From contig NC_068985.1 of NCBI RefSeq assembly GCF_001194135.2, positions 57,579,386 through 57,643,385 on the forward strand: a stretch of 64,000 bases of DNA, read 5' to 3'. Origin of the DNA: Octopus bimaculoides. Taxonomy: Eukaryota. Below are positions 51,480-64,000 of the stretch, piece by piece. Positions within the stretch are counted from its first letter, which is position 1, and each line of letters opens with the position of its first letter. A program made the position numbers and the translations under genes. The notes below the pieces were generated by a model, which was not told the origin of the DNA, made no database searches, and was given only the letters and a program-made list of their open reading frames with translations.

Positions 51480-52320
51480 AAAGACGACAGCTCCAGCTTC
51501 TGAGATGGAATTTCCCTTTCATCTTCACCGGATCGATGCAATCAACTAGTTCCGCACTGAAAAAAAAAACGATGTGCGGCCTTGTATTAATGTTAGAAAC
51601 AATAACCATTTGTGGTATACAGAAGGTTAGTTGGCAAAATCGATAGGGTATCAGACGGAATATCTTGTGCTGCTCTGATATAAATGATTTCTAGGTTCAA
51701 TTCCAAACGAATTAACTGCCACTGTTTCATGGAGCCACTGTCCATAATAATAGTACTTACTACTTTAGTAATAAAATCAACAGTTTTAAAGAGAGAATGT
51801 TAATTGATATAATACAAGACTGGTATCTTATTTATGTATCGTTTTGACTTCGGAGAAATGAGAGGCGAGGTCGTCTTCGATGGGATTTGTAAAACAGAAC
51901 GTAAAGGAGAAATACCGCAAGGCTTTTTTCCCCCGATACCCTATCAACACCGCCAATCTTACAGCTTCATGCTAATAATAAATACTTCTGATATAAGCAT
52001 AATGCCAGCAAATTTCAGGGGTGTGGTCTTAAATATCATCAAAGGAGTACATGACTGGTACATTATTCTAATTACTTCCGGAGAGATGAAACATCAAGCT
52101 GATTTTGGAGGTGATGAAATTAAATACCAATCAAGTACAGAAGTCGATAATTTCGGCCAACCACTCCCCTCAAAATTGCTGTCCTTAATCTTAAATCAGA
52201 ATCCATTATTATTGTGGATGGCCTCAATTGTTAGAACGTCAAACAAAGTCGTTTGTGGTAATTAGTTTCCGTCTTTATATCGTGTGTTCAAATCACCGTA
52301 AGATTATCATTTGCTTCAGT
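51480..52320. mobile_element. Cluster of decayed family B SINE fragments in both orientations
   Basis: TTTCCCTTTCATCTTCACCGGATCGATG (+); GAAATGAGAGGCGAGGTCG...CAGAACGTAAAG (-); CATGACTGGTAC (-). Confidence 0.55.
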
Positions 52321-53504
52321 GTTTGTTATTGTTGTTGGTGTTTATACTCTTTGTTATTAATGTAAGGAATATAGTGCTACAGACAACAAGAATAGCCTGC
52401 TGTGATCATAATGGCCGGTCAGATCTCACAAGCTTCATATGCAGAACATATGAAGAGGCATTCAGCTAATATTGCTCGATTTTATAACAATCCTTTCTTT
52501 GTAAATAAATCGTAGGTACTTGTTTGTTCCCTACAACATACATGCACTCATATTCAAGCATAGACATAAAAGCATAAGTTCCTATAGACACATACACAGA
52601 CACATATGTACACACACACATATGTACACACACGCATATGTACACACACACACTAGTACACATATAAATGTACATGCACACGCGCATAAACACAAACGCA
52701 CTCACTTACTCAAACACACACCTACACTCATACTCAGAAGATTTCAATCTTTCATTTCCTGTTGTTTTCAGCCTTTCTTTTCCGATATCTTCACTTCTTG
52801 ATGTGTTACTTTAACAAATATTTTCTCTCTTTCTCGTATTCACTTCTTTTATTTTTTCATTCCTGCACCTTGTGATCCATTCATACTCTATCCTAACTTC
52901 TCTCCAAATTCCATATAATTACTCTTAACATAGAGGTATTCTGATTTCAATATTCTTTTGCCTTCACGAAATATATATATATATATTCTTTCATTATTGT
53001 TTTGTTCAAAAACATTGACTACTTTCTGATTACACAAACAAATCTTGTTTAGGCGTTCTCTGATTTCGTACAAAGATTCCTTTTTCATGATTTAATATTT
53101 CTTCCGTTTGATTATTTGGTATCGATATTATTAAGGTTTCGCATATATTTTATTTGCATTGCCAGTTCTGTCCATATTCGTTTTCCAAAATTCTTTGGAC
53201 GTTTACATTTCTCGATATTCTTGCGTTTTCGTGCCTAAAGGCATTCAGCAGTAGCCATGCTGTAGCTTTGCTTCTATTGGGTTCTGCCGTTTCCATTGAT
53301 TTCAGTATTTTGTTTGGTGCATTTTCGTCGTATAACAATAAGGAATTTGAGTTCATACGTAGGCGTACGCCCTTATGCAGTCACAATGTTTATATAAAGT
53401 AGCGAATGCCTTTAGCCTTTATCTAGTCAGTAGTGAATTCTTCAAACATTTTAAGTACCATGTTTTGTTTGGTACGAAGCAGAAAATTTGCTTACTGATA
53501 GATC

Positions 53505-53720
53505 GTGGCCTAGTCACTAGGATATTACACTCACGCTCGATAGTTTGTGGGTTCGATTCCCAGACTGGAGGCGAGTTGTGTTCTTGAGCAAAACAATACA
53601 TTTTACGTTGCTACAGTACACACTTCGATCAGAGGGGAATGTTGGACTCTTCTCATAGCCAGCCAAGTGGCGTCTTTCGAAGGCTGAAACGATGCATTGT
53701 GACTATCAATATGTAGCAAC
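53505..53720 (+). mobile_element. SINE family C
   Basis: GTGGCCTAGTCACTAGGATATTACACTCACGCTCG...GGGTTCGATTCCC...TTCTTGAGCAAAACA; B-box-like GGTTCGATTCC. Confidence 0.8.
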
Positions 53721-54256
53721 ATCTAATACTCTGGTCAGTCACATTACATGAAATATAAAGCAGAGCGAAATAGTCGTTACAGTGTTGCACGGGCGATAGC
53801 AAATATTTGAAGGGTTCGAATCCCGCACAGAACAATGCGTTTTGTATTTTAGCAAAACATTTCATTTCCTATAATTCTGCGATTTCCTTATTATCTGATC
53901 AGAGTTGAAGCAACGGTGTAATTATAATATTCCAGTGATCTGATGAGCTAAATCTCATTATCTGCATTTATTTGTGAATATACAACCGTATTGTATAATG
54001 GGTAGCATGCAAATTAGTGCAAACATATGAATGATATTTTATACACGGAAATTATTAATACTTGATAAAAACTGTGAAACGGCCGTAAGCCTACAGCTGA
54101 CAACTGTTTACATAAATATATTTACCTGTCATACCTTGTGAACTTTTATGGTTTTACATGTGTGCGTGTGAGTATGTGGATCTGTGAAGTTTGTTACATT
54201 ATATATTATATAAATATATACACGTATGTGTATATGTATATGTATGAGTGATATAC

Positions 54257-54288
<32 letters not shown>

Positions 54289-54444
54289 GTGTATGTATAT
54301 ATATATATATATATGNNNNNNNNNNNNNNNNNNNNNNNNNNNNNNNNNNNNNNNNNNNNNNNNNNNNNNNNNNNNNNNNNNNNNNNNNNNNNNNNNNNNN
54401 NNNNNNNNNNNNNNNNNNNNNNNNNNNNNNNNNNNNNNNNNNNN

Positions 54445-54895
54445 TATTTATATACCTGGTTAATAAGAGACGGAAAATGGAAGACACAAATGATTTCATT
54501 AATCACTAGAATTGTTTCGACGCCCCTAGCAACGATCCTAATTTATACATCCATATCCGTCAACGGTTACATTTAATAGGTTTTTCGGTGTATTGCGTGT
54601 TGGTTTCTGTTTTGCATCTGTTATTTTATTATTGATCTTCTATATAAATGAAGCTGTATCCTTCAGTTTGTGGCTTTTCTTCAGAACTGAGAACATAGAC
54701 TGAGGAACTGTTATTTTAACGAGTTGTGTTTGCTTATTACCCGAAGAGACACATCTGCACCATCGGATGCTCCTGAACCAGTTGTTAAGTATCCCACCCG
54801 TGACGGGTCGATGGTCGATGTGTCGAAACAATTGTAGTGAATAACAAGAATTCCAATATCTACCATTTTCCGTCTTTCATTACCCAGATACCTAA
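54445..54895. mobile_element. Inverted pair of short elements with degenerate hammerhead-like motif (family HH4)
   Basis: Minus ~54445-54570 and plus ~54790-54895 share CCGT(T)GACGG, GTCGAAACAATT(G/C)TAGTGA and CCATTTTCCGTCT..ATTA.CCAG. Confidence 0.55.
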
Positions 54896-56162
54896 CGAAC
54901 ACCATGAAAGTGACCGTGCTTTACCACTAAGCTACAAGATATAAATCATTCGTTTTATTAACTAATATCTAATTATATATATATAAGTAGAAAAATGTAA
55001 AAGCATTACAGAGGATATATTATAAATAATTATGATAATTTATGAATATATCGATGGCCAACATGTTATCATAAAATACAAAGAAAAAAATGTTTATAAT
55101 TATAATCAAGTCTCAGTTATAACTAAAAGGGTTAAGAATAGCTTCCCAAACCGCTATAAAGCCATTATATCACATATTATTTATCCTCGCAATTAAAGCT
55201 GTCTTCGGGTGACATGGCAACTAGAATCCACAACTTGAAAGTAACTGGTTAATTCCCTATTACAATTGCGACATTAGGGACCTCTTAAGGGACCCATTCG
55301 TTTCGTCAGGAGAAATGTTCCTATAGATAGAAAACAAAGCAAGACTTTACCTTGGGACTAGCATGAATCCCGACCGGCAATAGAAATGTTTCAACCTCTA
55401 TTTACACAATCAAGTTTTGAATTCACGTTCCATGCACAGCGTTTATGTGAAAAGACCAGTAAATTCGAGCCACGGCAAATTCACTGGATATGAGTTGGGA
55501 AAAATTTAAATAAGTGCAAAGTAACGTAAAAACATTTATGCACAAGACAAATACGCACACAAACGCATACAGGGATACTTATATAAGTGTCTCCTCATAT
55601 GTTATACTTATCTTGTATGTGTGTGGTGAGTACTAGTTTGTCGGTATGTAACTATGTAGTTATATGTATGCGATTGTCTGTATATGTGTCTATTGTTTGC
55701 ATATATTTATGCATGTGTGTATACGCATGTATATGTGTGTGTGCGTGTGTGTGTGTATTTGTGCGCACGTTCAGGTGTAGATGTCTTAGTTGGATATTTA
55801 TATATATTTTTGACATATACATACTCTTTTACTTTCTTACTCTTATACATTTTACTCATAACTTTTACTGTGTCTATGTGTTCGCATATTATGGTCCTGT
55901 GCTTTCTGCATCCTTTTGATTCTGTGTCCTCCAAAACTAGCCATCAACCTTCTACCACTCCAAAGACTTATTCGTTACATCATATTCACCACATCTATTT
56001 TATGTTTGTATTGTTTACGTAACTATTCCTCCCGTACCCGCTTGTATTTATTTCTCATCTTTATCCTAATTTAGCCGTATATTCTCACCCCATTTTCTAT
56101 TCCTTTCTTTCTTTTCTTTCTTTTATCTCACTTTCCTTGTATATATTTAGCGTTTTTACATT

Positions 56163-56202
<40 letters not shown>

Positions 56203-56639
56203 ATTTCTCTGTTATTATTGCAATCGTTTCTTTTGCTTCTATTTATGGCGTATAATTTTCTGCTTATTTACTTATTTTATTCTAATCTACTACTTTTAAT
56301 CTTTTATTTCATTTCGAATTTCAGTTTTAAAACCTCCTCCTTTTGCACTTCTGTTGTATTCCTCTTAACTATTTGCAATTCCTATTTCTAAATATAGTCC
56401 TTTTTACTTGCTTTTATTCAAATTTTCTTAGAGCTAATTATTGTTAATATCTTATTCCTCCTCCTAAAGTTAACTGTATTGGCAGCCAATATCACACCTT
56501 TTTTTCTAAATCAATTACAAAATCATTTTGAAATGCTTATTAGTTGGCCTATAAAAACGATATTTTACTATATTATATATACTCATAATTTATTCATTAT
56601 TTACATTATTTATGGATACTTGTCCTCATCTTTGTTGTA

Positions 56640-56686
56640 AACACAACATTTCGACTGATATATCCTCCAGCCTTCATCAGGTGTCC
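56640..56686 (-). ncRNA. Minimal dimer-type hammerhead ribozyme (HH3, core intact)
   Basis: GGACAC-CTGATGA-A-GGCTG-GAGGATATAT-CAGTC-GAAA-TG-TT-GTGTT; 5-bp stem I, 5-bp stem II, stem III ATGT (ACGT in the partner copy). Confidence 0.75.
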
Positions 56687-56749
56687 TGGGGAAACCTCGA
56701 ACCTGGGTTCTCATTCCTAAGGTATTTTTCGATGTTATTATTATTATTA

Positions 56750-57089
56750 TTTTATGTTTGACTTTTGTTTTGCATTTGTACAAGTTGGATCCAAGTCTCA
56801 CCCAGAGACCTCAAGAGACAACAAGTTAGAAGTTCATGTAGGTGTTATGCCTAGGGTACCATATATTTGGATTTGTACAGTTTTGTTCAAGTGAATGTTT
56901 AAGAAACCGTAAGAAAATTATGTGTTTGCTTTAAAATTTGAGATCACATAGACAGTATTTCACGTAGGATATGGGCAGTTCCCATGAGCACTATCTTTTG
57001 AACTTCAGCCATTTTGGGGTTTCCTGGTATCTGATCTAGGTAGTAATCAGCCCGTTTCGCTGTCATTCCCAGAGCACCTATGACAATAG

Positions 57090-57093
<4 letters not shown>
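56750..57093 (-). mobile_element. 5'-truncated R4/Dong-like LINE 3' end inserted in (TAA)n
   Basis: PIVIGALGMTAKRADYYLDQIPGNPKMAEVQKIVLMGTAHILREILSM* matches the RLE-LINE C-terminus pattern; (ATT)n on both sides. Confidence 0.8.
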
Positions 57094-57185
<92 letters not shown>

Positions 57186-57230
57186 TCGAAAAATACATTA
57201 GGAATGAGACCCCAGGCTCGAAGTTTCCCC

Positions 57231-57277
57231 AAGATACCTAATGAAGGCTGGAGGGTATATCAGCCGAGACGTTGTGT
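57231..57277 (+). ncRNA. Minimal hammerhead ribozyme (HH3, core mutated)
   Basis: AGATAC-CTAATGA-A-GGCTG-GAGGGTATAT-CAGCC-GAGA-CG-TT-GTGTT; G5->A and A14->G predicted to inactivate. Confidence 0.65.
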
Positions 57278-57393
57278 TAACAATAAACAAGATGAAGATA
57301 AATATCTGTCAAATTTATATCTTGTAAATAATGTACATAATTCTTCATCTCTGAAATATAAAACTGACATAATTCATTGTTCAATATTATCGC

Positions 57394-57520
57394 AAACGTC
57401 TGACGAACTGACGAGAAAATCTGAGTAACAGTTTGTAAACATTTTAATTGATTTTAATAAGTATTATATTGCAGTATATTTGGTATTCAAGTAATATTTC
57501 ACATTTGTGGTCACTTCTGT
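57394..57520 (+). ncRNA. Solo degenerate HH1-family hammerhead element
   Basis: AAACGT-CTGACGA-ACTGACGA-GAAA-ATCT-GAG-TA-ACAGTTT, with downstream TGGTATTCAAGTA similar to TGGTATTTGAGTA after the HH1 palindrome; stem II lost. Confidence 0.55.
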
Positions 57521-57521
57521 G

Positions 57522-57596
<75 letters not shown>

Positions 57597-57934
57597 GTAT
57601 AATATATTACGGAGATGTACTACATAGAAAGTGACCTTATCTGAGATCGTGTGCTGAAGCAAAAACAATTGCAGCGAAGGTGTTTAAAAGCCATTTAAAA
57701 ACATAAAAACCGCCAGACNNNNNNNNNNNNNNNNNNNNNNNNNNNNNNNNNNNNNNNNNNNNNNNNNNNNNNNNNNNNNNNNNNNNNNNNNNNNNNNNNN
57801 NNNNNNNNNNNNNNNNNNNNNNNNNNNNNNNNNNNNNNNNNNNNNNNNNNNNNNNNNNNNNNNNNNNNNNNNNNNNNNNNNNNNNNNNNNNNNNNNNNNN
57901 NNNNNNNNNNNNNNNNNNNNNNGTTTGTGTGTGT

Positions 57935-58150
57935 GTGTGGAGGTGCAGTGGCCCAGTAGTTAGAGCAGCGGCCTCGCGGTCATAGGATTGCGGTATCTTA
58001 CTTCCTGTTTCTGTTGTGCCTGTAATTCAAAGGATCAGCCTTGTCACACTGTGCCACGCTGAATATCCCCGAGAACTACGTTAAGGGTGCACGTGTCTGT
58101 GGAGTGCTCAGCCACTTGCACGTTAATTTCACGAGCAGACTGTACCGTTG
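57935..58150 (+). mobile_element. tRNA-derived SINE (family D), internally deleted
   Basis: GGAGGTGCAGTGGCCCAGTAGTTAGAGCAGCGG head; body CCTTGTCACACTGTGCCACGCTGAAT...GCCACTTGCACGTTAATTTCACGAGCAG; (TATG)n tail. Confidence 0.7.
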
Positions 58151-58628
58151 TATGTATGTATGTATGTATGTATGTATGTATGTATGTATACAAAATTTCA
58201 GCCTAGAAGATGTATATAAACCATTCAAGAACGCACAACAACCATTAGATTCATATCCACATTTCAGTTTAACTTGTGTCAAAATATTTTCATCGCTTTG
58301 AAATCGCGGCCTGTTCATTGACTAAACTTCGTGCTGCATCTAGAGAAAGTAAAAATTAGTTCATGATATATGTGTATTTATGTATATTTGTAAGTATGTA
58401 TGTATGTGTCTATGTATTTGTGCATGTATGCCTGTAAGTATGCATGCATATACTCCTATACGCATGTATGTAGGAAAACATACATGCGTATGCGCATACG
58501 CATATATAGATATGCATATGTACATGCATACATGCACGCATACACATACATAAACACACCCACACACACACCCACACACACACATATATATCTATACACA
58601 CATATACATACATATATACATGCATATG

Positions 58629-58685
<57 letters not shown>

Positions 58686-59276
58686 GCATATTTATATCTT
58701 TTTAATCGGTCAGCCATAGGCGAATCAATAACATATTGATATCCTAATCTTTTCTCTACAAGATAGTGTTAGCTGGCTGCAATTCCTCACCGAGGTTGTT
58801 TTTTTTTATTTCAGAGATTGCCTTCTCCTATATAGATTGTCTTCAATACGACTGGTGAGCCCCATTTACTCTTGACTATATTGGATAACCATTCACTCCC
58901 CTGAATTCTTCCGCCCTTTGACGGGCAGAGTGTCCAATACTCGCCCTTCTCATCATGCACACTATGTGGGTTTGTCGGTGTAGTTGCTGACAACCCGATC
59001 ATGCAACATGCTGTATTGGGAACATGCATATCGAGTACGTGTTTTGTACGTACTTGCCAGGTTATCTGCGTGTATATAAACAATGGCGTCTAATCGTCAG
59101 AGTCGTCAGACTGCCGGATAAATTGTTTTGCGCCAATCGTTCTGTCTCCCGTAGTGAGGAGAAAAATTCTTCTTTAATCCTTCGTGATTAACTGAAAAGC
59201 ACTCCGGCATTACAAATGCTTCTGTCCCCACTGTTTGTTGTCTGTCTCTGTTTTTTTTTGTCTCTCCTTCTGGCAG

Positions 59277-59301
59277 AAATCAGCTGCGGCCAGACCTCGG
59301 G
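59277..59301 (+). other. Candidate 25-nt microexon
   Basis: ~45-nt polypyrimidine tract, TGGCAG acceptor, GC-rich AAATCAGCTGCGGCCAGACCTCGGG, GTATGG donor. Confidence 0.25.
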
Positions 59302-59423
59302 GTATGGGAAGTTTAGTTCTAAATGTATGGGTCACATTTTTCACTTTATTGATATGAAGGCATCTCTACAACTCCATTGAAGAGTTGAGGACCCAAGACA
59401 AGATCTTTCTCTCTCTCTTTCTC

Positions 59424-59462
<39 letters not shown>

Positions 59463-59806
59463 TGTGTGTGTATACACGCACAAAATTCACGCATATATAT
59501 TTATAAATATGTATATATATACACACACATGCATTATTATGTATATGTATATGTTGCACAGACACACATACTAATACGCATTCATACACGTACATATTTA
59601 GAAACGTTTCAGTACTTTGCTCGGTAACAATCTTTACTTTTATTTTCACTTCTTATGGCCTGTTGCCGATATTGTCTTTGTATTCACTCAAGTATATTCC
59701 CTCTATATTTACCTGCGATCTTTCGTATACATATTTATGTTCTTTCCCTCACTGTTTACTATATATTTTACTTTCTCTCTTTCCCACAAAACACAAACGC
59801 TAGCGT

Positions 59807-59892
<86 letters not shown>

Positions 59893-60551
59893 ACACACAC
59901 ACATACACACACACACATACACATATACCCTGTGTGTATCAGTATAATCTTGTATTTGTATAAGTATTAGATCGATCGACCCACCTACAACTACTTTGCC
60001 GACGTTCGTTGTTTTTAAATAATATGTATCATGCTTAGGGAAAGATCACAGATCAGTCTATATACAAATAAGTAGTGTTTATTTAATCCCCATCTATACA
60101 CAGAATTAGAAAATAAAAACACAGTAAACACCAAATTCATTCTATGTTGGATCACGTAGTCTTTCTTTATGTATAATTTTTCTTCTCTACCACAGAAATA
60201 TCTTTTTACTTATTTCTCCCACTGGCTTCTTTGATATTTTTTTAAACATTATTATCTTCGTTTTTAATATATATTGTTATTGGTAAATAGAAGCGAAGCA
60301 TAACATTCTAGTAATCCTTCATAGGAATATCGCATGATAAATTTCTTAATCCCTTTACACGGTGGATTAGCATTACTGCTTCTTTTCTCCATGTAAAGAA
60401 TAAGAAAAAGAAAAAAAAAAGCACAATAATAAAAAAAAAAACACACTTGCGATAGTTGGATTTATAATTCTTGTTTGATATATTTTCTTATTTGATTCCG
60501 GCAAACTCATGTGGTTTGGTTTGTCTCCAGTTAAAGTCAACTAGTTAGAGG

Positions 60552-60607
<56 letters not shown>

Positions 60608-61218
60608 AAGAGAGAGAGAGAGAGTTCTTTGTCTTGTTATCAGAAGCGAACATCAATCGTCCAGAGTTCAGTTCAGGAGCAGCATCATGCTTTCATTAAA
60701 CTTAAGATTATTTATACATACATACATACATACATACATACATACATAACAGACAGATACACACACACACANNNNNNNNNNNNNNNNNNNNNNNNNNNNN
60801 NNNNNNNNNNNNNNNNNNNNNNNNNNNNNNNNNNNNNNNNNNNNNNNNNNNNNNNNNNNNNNNNNNNNNNNNNNNNNNNNNNNNNNNNNNNNNNNNNNNN
60901 NNNNNNNNNNNNNNNNNNNNNNNNNNNNNNNNNNNNNNNNNNNNNNNNNNNNNNNNNNNNNNNNNNNNNNNNNNNNNNNNNNNNNNNNNNNNNNNNNNNN
61001 NNNNNNNNNNNNNNNNNNNNNNNNNNNNNNNNNNNNNNNNNNNNNNNNNNNNNNNNNNNNNNNNNNNNNNNNNNNNNNNNNNNNNNNNNNNNATATATAT
61101 ATATATATATACCCATACATATATTAATATATACTTATTTATAAATGTTCTGTACATATTAGGTAAATACTAACGAATTGACATTTATGCCAATTACATG
61201 TCTACCAATATATCTAGC

Positions 61219-61263
<45 letters not shown>

Positions 61264-61547
61264 TCGTCTATTCACTATTCTCCTCTGAAGACGTTGATAT
61301 ATAAACATATCTATGCAAACAAAGGATATAGCTTAGAAGCTATGTGCATACATGAATATGGATCACCCTGTATCGTTTGTCTAACGTTTGGTAATAAGAT
61401 AGTGAACATACTCGTTTCTAAATATACACACACGTCTGCATATAGATATATGCACGGAGTTATAATTGTCTACACACACGAGCACTTATATTTACATATA
61501 TGGATGCGTATACGTGTGTTTGTGTGTTTGCTTTTTTGAGTGTTTGT

Positions 61548-61584
<37 letters not shown>

Positions 61585-62247
61585 TGTGTCTGTGTATGTG
61601 TGTGTGTGTGTGTGTCTGTGTCTGTGTAAATATTCAGAGCAAGTGAGGAAGAAAGTGACGGCCACCTACAGTCACACATTTATATGCATAGCGAAAAATA
61701 TGCGTATAAGTAAAAAAGTATGGATGGGTTGATGTCGATGTCTCTTCTATGGATTTGTTGATAAATAGTCAGTTGTCAGTTGTCCCATCAACTGAGATAT
61801 ATTTTCAGTAGATTAGATGGCTGGGACTCTTCAGGTACTTGAAGCCTCAAAAAAATCAGACAAAATCAGTAGGACATAGTATGATCAATTGCAGATTTGA
61901 GCTGTAGATGCATTCCATCCAACAAACCCCTACATGAACGCTGTTCCTCAGTTTCATTCACAAAGCTTCTGTATAGGTGATGGCCATGTATTTGACAACA
62001 AGGAACTAGGATGATTGAGTCTCCTGTTGTAAAAGGGCATGGGTTTCCACAACGTATTGCGCGAATAATCATTATCTCTTATCGTTTACTTGTTTCAATC
62101 TGCGGCTATACTGGGGCACCAACTTTTGTTTTTGTCGAATGAATTGACACCTGTCGAGCGTTGGCACTTGATAAGTACCAATGCACGAAACTCTTGGACC
62201 TTGAATTACTCAGTTACTTCTGCTAAATATTAATAAAAGTATACATA

Positions 62248-62566
62248 GGCGCAGGAATGGCAGCGTGGTAAGTAACTTTCCTACCAATCACATAGTTCAG
62301 GGTTCAGTCTCACTACGTGGTACCTAGGGTAACTGTCTTCTACTATTACCTCAGACCAACCGAAGCCTTGTGAGTAGATTTGATAGACAGAAACCAATGT
62401 TGGTGTGTTTATGTCCGCTTAACTTAGCGGCTTCGCAAAAGAGATCGACAGAATAAATATTAGGCTTACAAAGACTAAGTCCTGGAGTCGATTTGTTCAA
62501 CTGAAGGCCGCCGTGCTCCAGCATCACCACAGTCAAATGACTGAAACAAGTAAAAGAGTAAAGGGG
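62248..62566 (+). mobile_element. SINE family A lacking the internal microsatellite segment
   Basis: GGCGCAGGAATGGCAGCGTGGTAAG...GAAACC joined directly to AATGTTGGTGTG...CCAGCATCACCACAGTCAAATGACTGAAACAAGTAAAAG. Confidence 0.9.
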
Positions 62567-62995
62567 TATGCACTCATACTTTGAATTCTATTTTTCCAGT
62601 TTTGCCTCAACATACCTATATGAGTGTGTGTGTGTGGGGGGGGGGTGCCTCTGTGTGTGCACTTGTGTGTGTGCACTTGTGTGTGTGCACTTGTGTGTGT
62701 GTGCACTTGTGTGTGCGTTTGTGTATGTATCTATGTATGTATGTGCATATATATGTTACACGGTGTCGTAGTGATCGAAGAATAAGGTGAAATGAAGTCT
62801 TCTGCTCAAGAACGCAATTCAAAAGGAATTAATCATATCTAATTCTCATTTTAAAACTTATCAATGGCGCACAAAGTCGTACACACAGACACACAGTCAT
62901 ACACACTCTTACACGCATACACTCACACGCGCGCATACACATGCACATACACACATTTACGTATAAACTCACATACACACACTCACACACACACA

Positions 62996-63026
<31 letters not shown>

Positions 63027-63521
63027 ACTCTCTTCACAAACACACACACACATACACACATAGAAAAAGATACGTATCGTTGATTTGGAAATTGAGATAA
63101 ATTTCCGGGACAGAACAGGCAACAACCAGTTTCCTATCCGAGATTACTTTGAAATTACCTCCGAAATTATGTTNNNNNNNNNNNNNNNNNNNNNNNNNNN
63201 NNNNNNNNNNNNNNNNNNNNNNNNNNNNNNNNNNNNNNNNNNNNNNNNNNNNNNNNNNNNNNNNNNNNNNNNNNNNNNNNNNNNNNNNNNNNNNNNNNNN
63301 NNNNNNNNNNNNNNNNNNNNNNNNNNNNNNNNNNNNNNNNNNNNNNNNNNNNNNNNNNNNNNNNNNNNNNNNNNNNNNNNNNNNNNNNNNNNNNNNNNNN
63401 NNNNNNNNNNNNNNNNNNNNNNNNNNNNNNNNNNNNNNNNNNNNNNNNNNNNNNNNNNNNNNNNNNNNNNNNNNNNNNNNNNNNNNNNNNNNNNNNNNNN
63501 NNNNNNNNNNNNNNNNNNNNN

Positions 63522-63580
<59 letters not shown>

Positions 63581-64000
63581 GAGTGTGTGCGCGAGCGTAG
63601 ATGTGTACTTGTGTATGCTTATGTATGCAAAAGCTGATCTCCATTTCAGCATTATAGTACAATCCCTTCATTATAAAGTCGGTATATCTTCAATGCTGCG
63701 ATAGCATCGTAAGGGAGCATCTATTTACGGTTTGGATTGTACTCTGTGCGTTTTTATTTTAAGTACTAAATGCGGACTGCGGGTTTTGAGTGATTATTTC
63801 CTAATTATTTTACCTTGTAATTTCTAATTAAAGTCACATTTGTTTGTTATCGTTTCTGACCTGTAAATACATTTCTGAATCAATATTCATTTGCGTCTAT
63901 ATAACAATTTATTAGAACGCACTCTGAGAAGCATATATACATGAGCATATACATACATAGAGTTACAGAGATACGGCTTTATATATATATATATATATAT

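Larger units (their letters stand above)
56590..57345. mobile_element. Divergent inverted pair of hammerhead-bearing pseudo-LTR-like elements (family HH3) around (ATT)n/(AAT)n
   Basis: Minus ~56590-56725 and plus ~57180-57345 are homologous (AACATCGAAAAATAC.TTAGGAATGAGA.CCCAGG.TCGA.GTTTCCCCA.GA.ACCT.ATGAAGGCTGGAG). Confidence 0.85.

Overview
AT-rich, repeat-dominated animal DNA with about 25 N-gaps, almost all flanked by microsatellites. The tRNA-derived SINE families and repeat landscape look like Octopus (inference from recalled repeats, not a database search). There are no prokaryote-type features and no intact long ORF; most supplied ORFs are microsatellite or N-gap artefacts. Decayed transposons supported by protein motifs: two mariner remnants, a Tc1 fragment, a hAT-type MITE, R4/Dong-like and CR1 LINE pieces, a zinc-knuckle LINE ORF1, and two kinds of Penelope-like element (PLE). 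One PLE is Naiad-type (CxC linker then RT, no C-terminal endonuclease) and is split by a ~480-bp-arm inverted repeat carrying a structured ~350-bp unit; the other is C-terminal GIY-YIG type, present as an RT piece and an endonuclease piece. Main observation: four unrelated short repeat families contain minimal type-I hammerhead ribozyme motifs (three clear, one degenerate) with palindromic stem III. Each family occurs as a divergent inverted pair (minus copy left, plus copy right) in or beside microsatellites. A phase-compatible chain of five candidate minus-strand exons (6.5-11.6 kb) and two candidate plus-strand microexons are reported at low confidence.
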